A stretch of DNA of 64,000 nucleotides from Vicugna vicugna (lineage: Eukaryota): positions 16,294,899-16,358,898 of the forward strand of contig MU062133.1 of the NCBI GenBank assembly GCA_013265495.1, given 5' to 3'. The position numbers and the translations under genes are program-made. This document shows positions 48,301 to 60,300 of the stretch, one piece after another. Below the pieces are notes generated by a model. That model worked only from the letters and a program-made list of their open reading frames with translations, had not been told where the DNA came from and did no database searches. Every line of letters starts with the position of its first letter. Positions within the stretch are counted from its first letter, which is position 1.

Positions 48301-51300
48301 GACCGTTGACCTACATGGCCTCCTCCTCCCTCAGGCTGGGAGACACTCAGGGAAGGAGTCTTGTCCAGGTGACCTGGGGACACCAGCTCTCCCAGAGGAC
48401 CTGGCCCATGGCTGGCTCTCTGAAAGGTTTATGGAGAACAGCCAGCAAGGATCTCGGCTAACACTCAGAACAACCATTTGAGGGGGTTTTGCTACCTCCA
48501 CATATGAAATGGGGAAGAGGAGACAGAGGAGGAGAAGTCCGTTTTCTGAGGACTCAGCTGCCAGGGCAGAACCGGGCAGACGGGCCCTTACCGATCTCCG
48601 TGTTCCCCACCACCAGCTTGGCCTCGGGGTGCCGCGCTTTGAGGTCCAGCAGCTCCTTCAGGGTCGAGGCCTGGATCCAGGTCACACGCTCCCCTTCAAA
48701 GCGCAGCTGCTTCTGCGGAATGTCTTTCAGCCTCTGGAAAAGGTCGTTTTCTTACTGTGCTGCCTCCGCCTTCCCGCTGCCATTCCCAGGGCTGCTGCTC
48801 TGAGTTCACCACGGGATCAACTCTGCCACTGACTCGTTTAATACTGAATTCAGGATGAAAATGCACGTCAGGGCAGAAGCACTGGGAAACACTATGCACG
48901 GTGGCAGGAAGTACGCTGCAGCTGTTTTATAGATGTCATTTCACTTAGTCTTTAGAAGGCCTCAGTGAAGGGGGCACCGTTAGCCACATCTTTTACAGGT
49001 GAAGGATGAGCCTGAGACTCAAGGTTATGGGACCTGCCACAGGTCACCTGCCACAAGGTGACTTGACCTGTCCCACACTGTTTCCAGGACGTGCGAGAGG
49101 AGATGCAAGGCAGGAAAGAAGGGGCGTCAGAAAGGAATACAGTGGAGGGCTGGGTCTAGTGCACGAATGGTGGCGCAGGACTAGGAGACAATCCCCACCT
49201 CCCCGAGCCAAAGTGATGGTTTTTCCAAGGTTCCACAATCCAGACAAAGATATTCCAGCAGCCTGCTGCAAAGCCACTCTCTCTGGCCCACTGAAAGCAG
49301 TCTGTGTGTGCGCACCAGCCCCTGAAATCTACACTTGAAAAGCTCTGAGTGGCTTATTTTTTGTCAGTGTCCTTTGAACACAGCTCTCTTTGCTTGTTTG
49401 TTTGTTTATTTGCTTAAAAAATGGACTGCTTACAGAGAGGAGAGTGGGTTGCTTGAGGGTTATACATTAGATTTAGCCAGGAGGTCAGCAAATCCTCCTG
49501 GAGCTCCTGTTGCTGGACACGGTGTACCAGAGAGACCCACTGCCTGTCCTCAGAGTGCCACGTGTGAGGAGAGGAGGGTGGGTCCCTGTGGGAGAGTATG
49601 GCACAGGGTCTGAGAAAGGAAGGGAAACTCAGGCTGAAATCTACAGGACAAGGAGGACCCAAAGGTCCCAGCAGAAATGAAATAAAGCAGGTCTCCAAGG
49701 GGCTCCAGGGGCATCACCTACCAGCAACTCTGGGGGGAAGATGGGCTCCTGGGTGGGGTCCAGGGGCATGAACTCCTCGGGGTTGAATAAAGACGGCGAG
49801 AGAGTGACCTGCTGGAGAAGGGAACATATGAGTGGTATGCTGTCCCTTCCTTTAAAATGCCCCATAGGACCAGCCCAGCCCTTTGTCCAGGTGAGCTCGG
49901 CCACAGCCCCCAGCAGGCTGATGGAAGGGCAGGTAGCTCCTGGGAAGCAAGGACAAGGAGGTCTTGCCAGAGGACCCAGGGCTAACGTGCACACTCACTG
50001 CCCTCGTGGTCTGGCCTAACCAGTTCCTCTCCCGGCCCCCACTGCCCAGAGGGTGGAGGGGGCCCACCTGCTGCTTTAATCTGAGGTGGCCCCCCAGGTT
50101 TCTGGGCAGAGAAGGACCCACCTACCTTGTTGTCCTTCTGGTTCATGCAGCAGTTTGGGTTGTTCTCATTTCCTCCACAGCATCCACCATCCTAGAGAGA
50201 TGACCAACACTCACACAGAGATATCTGCAAAGAGTTCTCACAGAAGCCAGAGAACCGAGATTATTACTATCAGATGAAATCAGGGTGTGACACCTGTCCC
50301 CGCACCAAGGGGAACAGCAGCTACCTCTGCCCCCTCCCACTCACCTCTGCTTAAGGTAAGGCCTCTGCTTTAACTACTTTCTCTCACTTAATTAATATAG
50401 ATGAGATAATGTGAGAATAAACAAACAGGCCTCTCCTGGAAGCTGCAGGGAAATTCAATTTTAAGAAACTTTGTCTGTAAAAGCTAGATCTTATTTTACC
50501 AAAGCACCTCTTTGTGCACCCTTTCCCTCTTCAGTACCGCTTCCTGAGGAAGCCCCCACAAGAGAAATCCCCTTCAGTTTTCTCGGCACTCAAGAGCCTC
50601 CATTTGTAGACCAGTCAAGGTCCATGGGGAATGCCTGGGCGCCTCCCAGGCTGGGGTCTTTGTGGGACTCCTGCTAAAGGGGTCCAAGACCAGATCTGGG
50701 CCCAGAGATGAAGCCAGCCCCTGTGCCTGATGGCACTTTTTCGGCACTTCTTGCCAGAAAGCTCACCCTCCATTCCTCACTGTGGGCCTGATCTGGAGGA
50801 AGGGTACAGGTCTGATGACCCATTGCCTACGGGGAAAGGACTCGCTCAGGACCTCTTGGGGTGCCAGTGACAGAGCATGGAATAGAGCCCCGATTGCTAC
50901 CTCCTAGAACCAATGCACTGAAGATGGGGAAAGGGTGTGTCCATCTGCCTGATCTGCCCCAAGGAGGCAGGAGTCTCAGCTCAGGGCCTCAGAAGAACTA
51001 CAGAATCGTAGGGTTGTGCCAAGAGGCAAAAGTGGGGAAAACTCTCAGGCACAGACCCAGACACATTGCCGGGGCAGCCAGATCCTGGGGGAGGAGGCTG
51101 GGGATGGCCCTTTCAGACAGGAATCACGGGACACACCATGCATGCTGACAGTTCCCAAAGAGTGAGTCACAGCCCACCAATTTTCCCAAGGAAGTTCTCA
51201 GAGGGCCAAGGAGGCCGAAGGTGTGGCCTTTGAGAACTTGAAAGCTCTGTCAGACTTGCTGCAGCCCCTGAACATGCTGCCCTGCGGGCAGAACCCTCCT

Positions 51301-54300
51301 GCATTCACTGCCTGACCTTTGGGTCTCAGAGCTGCTCTATCTATTCAGGACCTCCCCACCACCACCTTGACCTCGGCCTCTGCGTCTGGACGGAAAGGAA
51401 GAGAGAGAGGCTCCTATAGTGCCTCTTCCCATCCCTCTTTCTGGAGAGGGAGTAACATGAAGGGATTACCAGGCCCTGCATACAGTAAGACGACAGCCTC
51501 ACTCACCCAGTCCTTATGGGGAAGGATGCATATTTTCCAGATAATTAAAGTACCAGCACATTCTTACATGAATCTTTTTTCTTGATAATTCACTGATAGG
51601 TTCATGACATAAGTTATTGGGATGTGCAATAATGTGTCACCGCCCTCAAGGCTGACAGAGGTTGGAGAAGGCTGGGTTTTTCCCTCGAGAGATTTCCACT
51701 TTTCTCCGATGGCAAAAACTACAGGGCTTGTGCGTTTCCTTCCTTGCTGCTCGATGGCTGTTGTCCTTTCTTGCTGTGAACAGGCCGCCTCCCCCTAGCA
51801 GACCCTCCTCACCCTTCTCTGGTGTGTGCTATGGCCATGAAAACTAGATAATTGAGTTTGTTAGAACTGTGCATAAAATAAGAGTTAAAAGGCTCTGAAT
51901 AAAGGCCTTGAGGGCCTCCAGTGAGTAACATGCATGAGCTTCTGCGCGCACATTGGGTGCCAGTCACTTTGGCCGCTGAGAGCACCCAGCTCTGCTCTGC
52001 ATGCCAGGCAGCCACAGTGCGGGAGGTGCTGCCACACACTGGACTCAGGGACCATTTGACTGAGCTAAACTCTGACGCTCGGAAGGAGCATAACTGTCAG
52101 CTACACTCAAAAGCCCTTCTCTTTTGAGACTGTAGCAGGGCTGGTTAGACTGTATCTCTGAGAAGCCGCCTATGAAATAAATACATGGACAAGGTGAACA
52201 ATTCCTGGCTCTCAGGGAAGCCTAAGCAAATATTGCATAACTAAAGAAATATACCAGCATCATAATTTATGCTGCCATTTATTTCAGCTGTGCCAGGTGT
52301 TGTTCTAAGGGCTTTACAAGAAATACTTCCCACAAACACTGTAAGGTAGGTATTATTATAATCTCCATTTTAGAAACAAGGAAATTTGCTCAAGGTCATC
52401 CATCAATGAAGTGATGGGACGGGACTTGAACCCAGGTTTGCAGTCACTAAATCTAAACTTTCAGTCACTTTCATTTAAATCCATACTTTCTGGTCCCTTC
52501 TCACCAACAGCATTTACCAGGGTGTGGTGTTTTCCATCCTTAGAAGCCCCATCTCCACCTCCACCCTTCTGGACTATTTGGACACAATACCCCTTTCGCA
52601 CTGTACCCAACTCTAAAGGTCAGTAAAAGGCACGGGAGGCTGTGACTCTCCCGTCAACCCAGAATCAAATTGAGATGTGACAGTTTGGTTGGAGTCAGGA
52701 TCAACTTGACCCACCTGGGGAACCAGGTAAAATCTGGGCAGATGAAGCCAGCCCTCTGCCCTCCTTCCCAGATGGCAGGTGTGTGTCTGTGTTATGTAAT
52801 CAATGCCCATGCACCCCAGCTGTGGTTTCTCACTTAGAGTTCTATGAATAGTGCAGGGATTCACAAACTGTCTGGAGATCTAATTACCAGTTTCATAAAC
52901 CCAGGGGAGTGCCAACTGCAGAAACCAACCAAGACAGGAAAAGAAGAGGGAGGTGAGTGCTGAGTCAGGCTGGTTTGCTGTTAAATGCCAGGTTCAGCAC
53001 CTGTGCCATGGGCTGAGTGTGCCTGTTTCGCTCAGGAAGGCTGCCAAGCCCAGATGCCCTGGAGGAAGTTAACTCTTGGGCAGTGTATTTCTTCCAGGAA
53101 CCAGCTGTCCAGGACTTCCCTGGAAGGAAAGTCTCCATGCTATTGATGAGAACGTCCCCCGACATCCCAGAATAAGAATGGCAGAGTCCAACGCTCACGC
53201 CAGGCACCTGCAGCAGGAGGACCTGATCACTGGCCATCTTATCTTTCTTCTCTGTAACCTAGAGGCCCTTGGCATCCCTCCCAACTGTGATCCCTGAGTG
53301 TTGCTGCCTCAGGAGCAGGGCCACTGCTGTCCTGGGGCCCCCACATACCTTGGCGAAGGTCCGGAAGCCCTGGAGGATGGGTCTGTAGCCTGTACAGCGG
53401 CACAGGTTTCCTATGGTCCAAGGAAAAAGCTGTAATGTCAGTGCAGCCCCAGGGCAGGTAATGGGTCTGTGGCTTTGCTCCCAGCTCAGACAGATGCTCT
53501 CTTTACATATTCTGTTTTCTCTGCTCAGAATGGCCCTTCCTCCTGCTTGTATCTCTGACTTTAAAACATCTATCACTCCTTCCAGGAAGCCTCCCTAGAA
53601 TGCCTAGACTGAATCAAGTACCCCTCCTAAATGCTCCCATAGTCCCTAGTCATAGATTTATCAAACTACATTGTAAATTCTCTTCCCCTTCACAGTACAA
53701 ATTCCTTGAGAGTAGGGACTGAGTCTTTCATCCCTGTGTCCCTTGTATCTTGTAGAGTGACTGACATACGATAGGACTGAATATAACTGATTGCATAAAT
53801 GATGGATTGAAACGATGAATGGATGGGGAGCCTTCTCCATTCAATTCAGAGAAACAGACACCAGGTCCAGACACCTGAGCCCATTCACAGAAGGCAAATT
53901 GGGTAGCCAGTCCCTGTCTGAGGCTCAGAATCCCAGCCACCTTCTTCATACATGGCCTTCGCCCTGCAGAATCCTGTTCTGGGGAAAGCTGCAGGGGATG
54001 GAAGCCGTGTCACTTAAATGGGTTGTCTGTTTGCTTGGTTTTTAATTGAAGTGCAGTTGATTTAAAATGTTGTGTTAGTTTCTGGTGTACAGCATGGATG
54101 GACTTGGAGGGCATTATGCTAAGTGAAACAAGTCAGACAGAGAAAGACAAATACTGTAAGATATCACTTACATGTGGAATCTAAAAAAATACAACAAATT
54201 AGTGAATATAACAGAAAAGAAACACTCAGAGATGTTGAGAAGGAACTAGTGGTTACCAGGGGGGAGAGGGAAGGAGCAGGGGCAAGACAGAGATGGAGGA

Positions 54301-57300
54301 TTAAGAGGTACAAGCTATCAGGTATAAAATAAGCTACAAGGATGTATTGTATTCCAAGCATGAGGAATATAGTCAATGTTTTATAATAACTAGAAATGGA
54401 GCATAACCCTTAAAAATTGTGAATTGCTATATTGCATACCTGTAACAGATAATATTGTACATCAATTACACTTTAATTTTTAAAATATGATTATGCAATA
54501 TAAATACATAAATAAATAAAGTTTAAAAATTTTTTTAATAGGAAAGGGCCAGCCTTCCAATAAATCTTAGCCACTGTGCTGGGATGGCCCAAGCCTTTCC
54601 TTCAGAGGGCAGTGCCTCAAACCCCTAGTCCACTCCTAGCTTCCATTCTGGCCCTGCCTGCCCTCCTCAGAGCCCCACTTGCCACCCCACCTCCTGGGCC
54701 GGGCCTCAGGGGCCGTACCTTGGAAGGCATCCTCGATCTCCTCAACGGTGGGCTCGGGCTGATTCCGAAGTAGCGTGTACATGCTCATGACGATGCCGGG
54801 GGTGCAGAACCCGCACTGGGAGCCATGGCTTTTGGCAATTCTCTCCTAAAAGGGACAGACGATGTAGACATCCGTTTTGGCAGAACCCCTTGCAGGCTCC
54901 CTACATGGCTCAGCTGAAGCCAGTCCCGCTGACAGGCAGTGCCGTGTAGCAGTCACTGCACAGTCAAATCCTACTGCCACTTACCAACTGCGCCCTCCAC
55001 CAGGTTCCCAAGCCTCCCTAAGCTTTGTCTGTAGGATCCTCCCAGCATTTGTGTCTAGAGCTGTGCTGAGGCTCCAATGAGATTATTCATATAAGACTCT
55101 TAACATCATGCCTGGCACAGAGCAGGGAGTCGACCAACAGTAGTTATTAACAGGAAAGTCTCCTCAAAGAACAGCGACTACTAGGGCCAGTCCCTTCACT
55201 AGACAGAGGCAGAAGCAGGCCTAGAGGCTTAACAGGTTTATGCAAGATCACACAAGGTGAAGGTGAGCGCTGCGCCAGGCTCCTTTCACTGCACTACCCA
55301 CAAGATGAAATCGACCAAATGAATGCATTTCATTTCAAATTAGAATGCTACTGTATTGTCCAATCAAGACGTAAGATCTGGGAAATGTGTCATGTAGAAT
55401 TTGTGCTTTCATTGAATGTCACAGAATTCTCATTCAACCCTGCAAGGTTACAAGGAGAGTCTCCTCATCCATACTATTCTTCAGTCCCTTGGGAATCTCT
55501 CTTGGTGCTTATGTTAAGCAAAATTGCTAGAATGTTGTATTCCCAGTGCCAGGTATATACAGTTGCTCATTTGACAAATATTTACTGAGAACTTATTACA
55601 TGCCAGCTGTGGTGAAGACACTGGGGCTGGAGAGTGAAGGAGACAAGGTCCCAGGTCTCATGAAGCTCGTATCCTAGTAGGCAAGATACTGACAAAAATT
55701 TAAAGTGGAGGTCAGCGCTATGTAGAGAATTAGTACAAGATGACATGACCCAGAGTTACTTGTAGCTACTTGGAGTGGTCAGAAATGGCCACTCTGAAAA
55801 TATGACCTTAAAGTCTAAGTTAATAATGTGATTTGGAACAGGGAAGAGTGTATCCCAGACAGAGGGAAGAGCAGGTGCAAAGGCTCTGAGCACCAACAGT
55901 GAAAGAGTCTGGTGTGCTAAAGCCACTGAGAAGCCAGGGTGGGTGGGGCCCCTGGGAGAGAGATGCCAGCTGGGAAAAGGGGCGGCAGCCAGACCGTGCT
56001 GCCTGTCATAGGCCAGGGTTAGGAGCCTGGATTTTTACTCTGGGTGTGAAGATGGGAACCTTTTAGGGGAATTTCAGGACTTGATGTAATCTAATTTGCA
56101 TTTTTAAAGAATCACTCTAGCTGTTGGGAATGGGTTATGGGGGCAAGAGAAGAAACAGGGGACCAGGACACTAAAGTGGCCCAGGCAAGAGGGGGTGGTG
56201 GCTGTGACCAAGCAGTAATAGGGGAAGCTGAGAAAAACATGGAGGTTTCACTGGAGGTTTTGGAGGAAGAGGAGATGCTACTTCTGGATTGATTGGGTGG
56301 GGTATCTGAGAGAAAGCAACACAGATGACTCCTATAATTTTGTCTTGAGCAATCGGGTGAATGCCTTTGCCACTGACTCAGAAGGAGGAAGACTGGGAAG
56401 AAAGAAGGTTGGGGGAATAGGGTTTTGTTAAGTTGGAGATTAGACATCCATCTAGTGATGTCTAGTAGGCAGCTGGAAATAGGAGTCTGACCTCTGAAGA
56501 GAGGTCAAAGCTGAAGAAAGAAATATGGGTGCCTTCACATGTGGATGGTATTAAACTCACCCGGGGAGAGTGTGAAGATGGGGAAGTGAAGGGGCCCAGG
56601 CCAGATCCCTGGGGTGCTGCAGCGATTAGGGACTGAGCAGAGGAGCCGCCGCACACGGTGCAAGCGTGGAGATGGGAGGAAGGAAGGGAAGTGTAGTGTC
56701 ACAGGAACCAAGAGAAAAACGTAAATGGACAAGGCCAAGTGTAGTCTGGCCCTGCAGCTTATATGGATCCAAAAGAAGTGCATCAGGAATAAGGATCTGC
56801 ACCATTGGAAAGGGAGGGTTTTCGCCTGATTATACGAGTATGATCTCAGCATTTAAAAGTTTCATTCGTTCATCTATTTGTTTCAAAGATAATTACAAGT
56901 CCTCATTAATCCTCTCATACTTGCTGCAGGTTGGACAATTTTAGTAATTTGCCCTTTTCCTGCCTAGGAAGCAAAGTCACAGAGATGAAGGAATCCCACC
57001 CTACCCTGCTCTGACCCCCTGCAACTGGTCCAAGATGCTCCCTCAGAGACGTATAATTAGCTGACTTCAACCGTGGCCCAGGCTCCAGGATGCACGTGAG
57101 TGGCCCAAGGGAGGCATGATCTGAATGGCATGTCTCCTCAAATGGTCAAGGGAAGATTAAGAAAAGGGCCTGGCTCAGGCACCTTCTGTGACTGTAATCT
57201 CTCGTGACCTCCTGCCTTGGTTTCCCTAAACAAGAAGCACAGGGAACAGTGCCCTTTCCTTCCCACAGTGCTCCGTTCCCAGGTGGGCTCCATTCCACCT

Positions 57301-60300
57301 TGTCTCCGAGCATCCTTTCTCTCTCCATGAACCCCTCAGACTACTGCCCACTCTTCCCCGAAACATTCCCAATTTCAATCCCTCCTTAGGTGCTTGAAAC
57401 CATCAGAGAGAAAGCCTTGATTAGACACCCGGGTGTCTCTTTTCTCTGACTCAGCCCTGGCTGAGCTCACGTTTGTATGATCTGTGGGTGGGAGGTAACA
57501 GGGGCAATGGAATTACCATGGGAGAGAGCAGGGAGTCAGTGGGCTTTTATCAAGGGGCACAGAGCTTTTGGAATCGTCCATCTGAGAAGGCAGGGGTTTC
57601 CTAAGCCCACTTGGGCACAAGGTGAGGAAGTGCCCCTGCCCCTCCTCCCTCCAGCTCTAGCACAGCTGGACTTCCCAGCCACCAGATCCAGTTCATCTCT
57701 TGGTTCCCTGGAGGCCATGCAATGTTACATCCACCAGGCCACAGGAGGGGACTTCGGGCTCAGGTGCCTCCTCTTTCTCCCTCACAGCCACCCTCATCCC
57801 CATGCCCACCCACAAGGAGATGAGAGGTGGTCAGGTCAGAATGCCTCCATTGCCCAGGCAGTGACACTCAACCCAACAACCCAGAACAAGTCTGCAGCCT
57901 TGGTAAGAGCCTCCGGTTACCTGGACAGGATGCAGCCTCGTCTTGGTGCTTCCTATTCCTTCCACAGTTGTCACGGCAATATGGTGTAAGGAGCAGATGG
58001 GAGTGAGGCAGGCATTGGCAGAAAAGTGGCTGGAACCCCAGATTAAGGTCATTTCATTGTCCTCTCAGGTCATCAGAGTGGACCTGAGTGCAGGGTCTGG
58101 GAGATCTGTGATGCTTCGTGTCATTTCTCTTCACTCTACATCATGTTCTTGTCTTTTCCACAGGTGTCCTCACCTCTCCACCCAAGGCTCAGGGCCCAAA
58201 CCCCTTAAGGGTCCTCTGGGATCAGGCATCAGTGCACCTAGGCATTTGAGCTGGAACACTGGAGCCAGTGTCAATTTCAGCTGCCTCTTCCTTAGCCCCA
58301 CCCTGGAGACTGAGTAAAGAGGAAGCTTCTGGCAGTTTCCAGGCCCAGCACGTGCTCCTCTCTCTGCTGGGCCCTTCCTTAGCCTCCTTAATTTCAGAAT
58401 TTCCTGTCACTTTTGCTTCCCTGCTTTCACCCACCTCCATTTCACCCCTTCCTCTGCAGGGAGGCGGAGAGGAAAATCCAGAGGTGACATGAAACACCAT
58501 CCCCTTAGAGCTTCCCCACATCCACCCCTTTACTCATCAGTCATTCAATCATACATATAGCCAATATGAGTTACTGAATACCAACCATAAGCCAGGCACC
58601 CTGCCAAGGGCTGAGGAAATAAAGGTGAATAAGATGACGTCTCAGTCCTTTAATAGCTTGCCTTCAATTCAAGAAAATAGAAGCCAGTGTGAAGATGCAG
58701 TTTAAATATCTTACAGTAACTGCTTCAGGAGGGCTGTGCATAGGGCACTACAGGGCCAGCACAGACAAGGTGTATCTAACCCAATCTGGGAAGTCAAAGA
58801 AGGCTTCCTGGAGGAGGGGATGTTTTGCTCAGTCCTAAAGAACTATTAAGAGTTAGCCAGCTAGAGAAATCCTGGAAGAAAAGACATCCAAGACAAGAAA
58901 CAGCTTATGCAAAGAGCAAGAAATGAGTGGGTATGAAGCATCAGTAGTTCACCAATGTTTCTGCATGAATGGAGTGCAGGGTCCATGAAGAGAAAGAAAA
59001 CTGGAAAGGGGAGGCAAATTGCAGGGCCTCATGTGTTGAGCAAAAAGATTGGACTTTAATTTGGGGGCAATGGGGGGCCAACTGAAGGATTTCACGGGAT
59101 GTGGAATGAGTCTGCATTTTAGAAAGGTCATTTTATCAGCAGTTCAGAGTCTTGTCTATATTTATAAGTCAGGAAGATACTTCCTAAGATGTCATTCTAT
59201 AATGTGCTTGTCCATGATCAGAGCCTTCTCAGAAATGCAGGGGCTCATCCACACGTGCACACACACACATGTACACTCAATCAAAAGCTGGCCCCCTGCA
59301 CCCTAGTCCTCACAAGGGCAATCCACCTGCAGGCAAAGGATACACGATCTTGTCCTGCAGACAATCATACTTGGAAAGCATCACTGTGCAAGCCCCACAG
59401 CCCCCTTCTCCACAGCCCAGCTTGGTCCCTCTCAGCCCCACTGGATGGTCAAGGTTAAGGAACATGAACACAGAGGAAAGACTCTTTGCTAGGCTGCTGA
59501 AAAACGAATGGGCTTACCTGTGAGTGCAGAGCCATCCGTCCACACACAGGTTCAGGCTCCTCGACCCAGGAGGCAGCAGACCCAGGTGCCCTTCCGTTTA
59601 GAGAGGTTTCTGTCCCTGGGGAGGCAGGACATGGGGCCAGCCCCACTGGACAGAGAGAAAAGGCATCCGCACCCAAGTCTCATCTCCTGGGACTGGAGTT
59701 CTATTCCTCTTTAGTCTTGGAGACTCTCCTTGGGATTGGGGTCTTCTAGGCATGGTCTTACAGAGCCCCACCCCTGCGGTTTCACTGGGCAGGTGAATCA
59801 GGCATCCCAGAGACTGAGCGTGTGGGGCAGCCCTCACGTCCCCCAGCCCACGTGCAATGAAGCCATTCGGACCAGAATGAGCTCTTGATCTCTTCTGGGA
59901 CTTGCTGAGTCCAGCCTTCCCCCTAAAACCTTTTGGGTTGATGAGGTCCAGGGAACAAAATTAGGGCTGGACTAGGGCTTTCTGAATCTCCAGCCCATAT
60001 GATACGTGAATGGAATTAAAATGAAGATATATTTGAAGTCAGGAATCAATACTGGAGCCCTTTCTTACATAGACTTGGGGAAATAAAGACTCTGATACTT
60101 TGCATTTGAAAAGTGCCTAACTAACAAAGAGATTATTCTGGAGAACCACAATTATAGCGGCCTCTTTCCCTGGGACACGTGGGCTCCTCTGCTGCTTTTC
60201 CCTCAGGTCCACAGGCCTCCAGACCATCCAGCTTCCTACTGAAAATGGAGGGAGCTGATGAAATTAATAGAGATAAAGATGAATGGATTTAGAGACAAAA

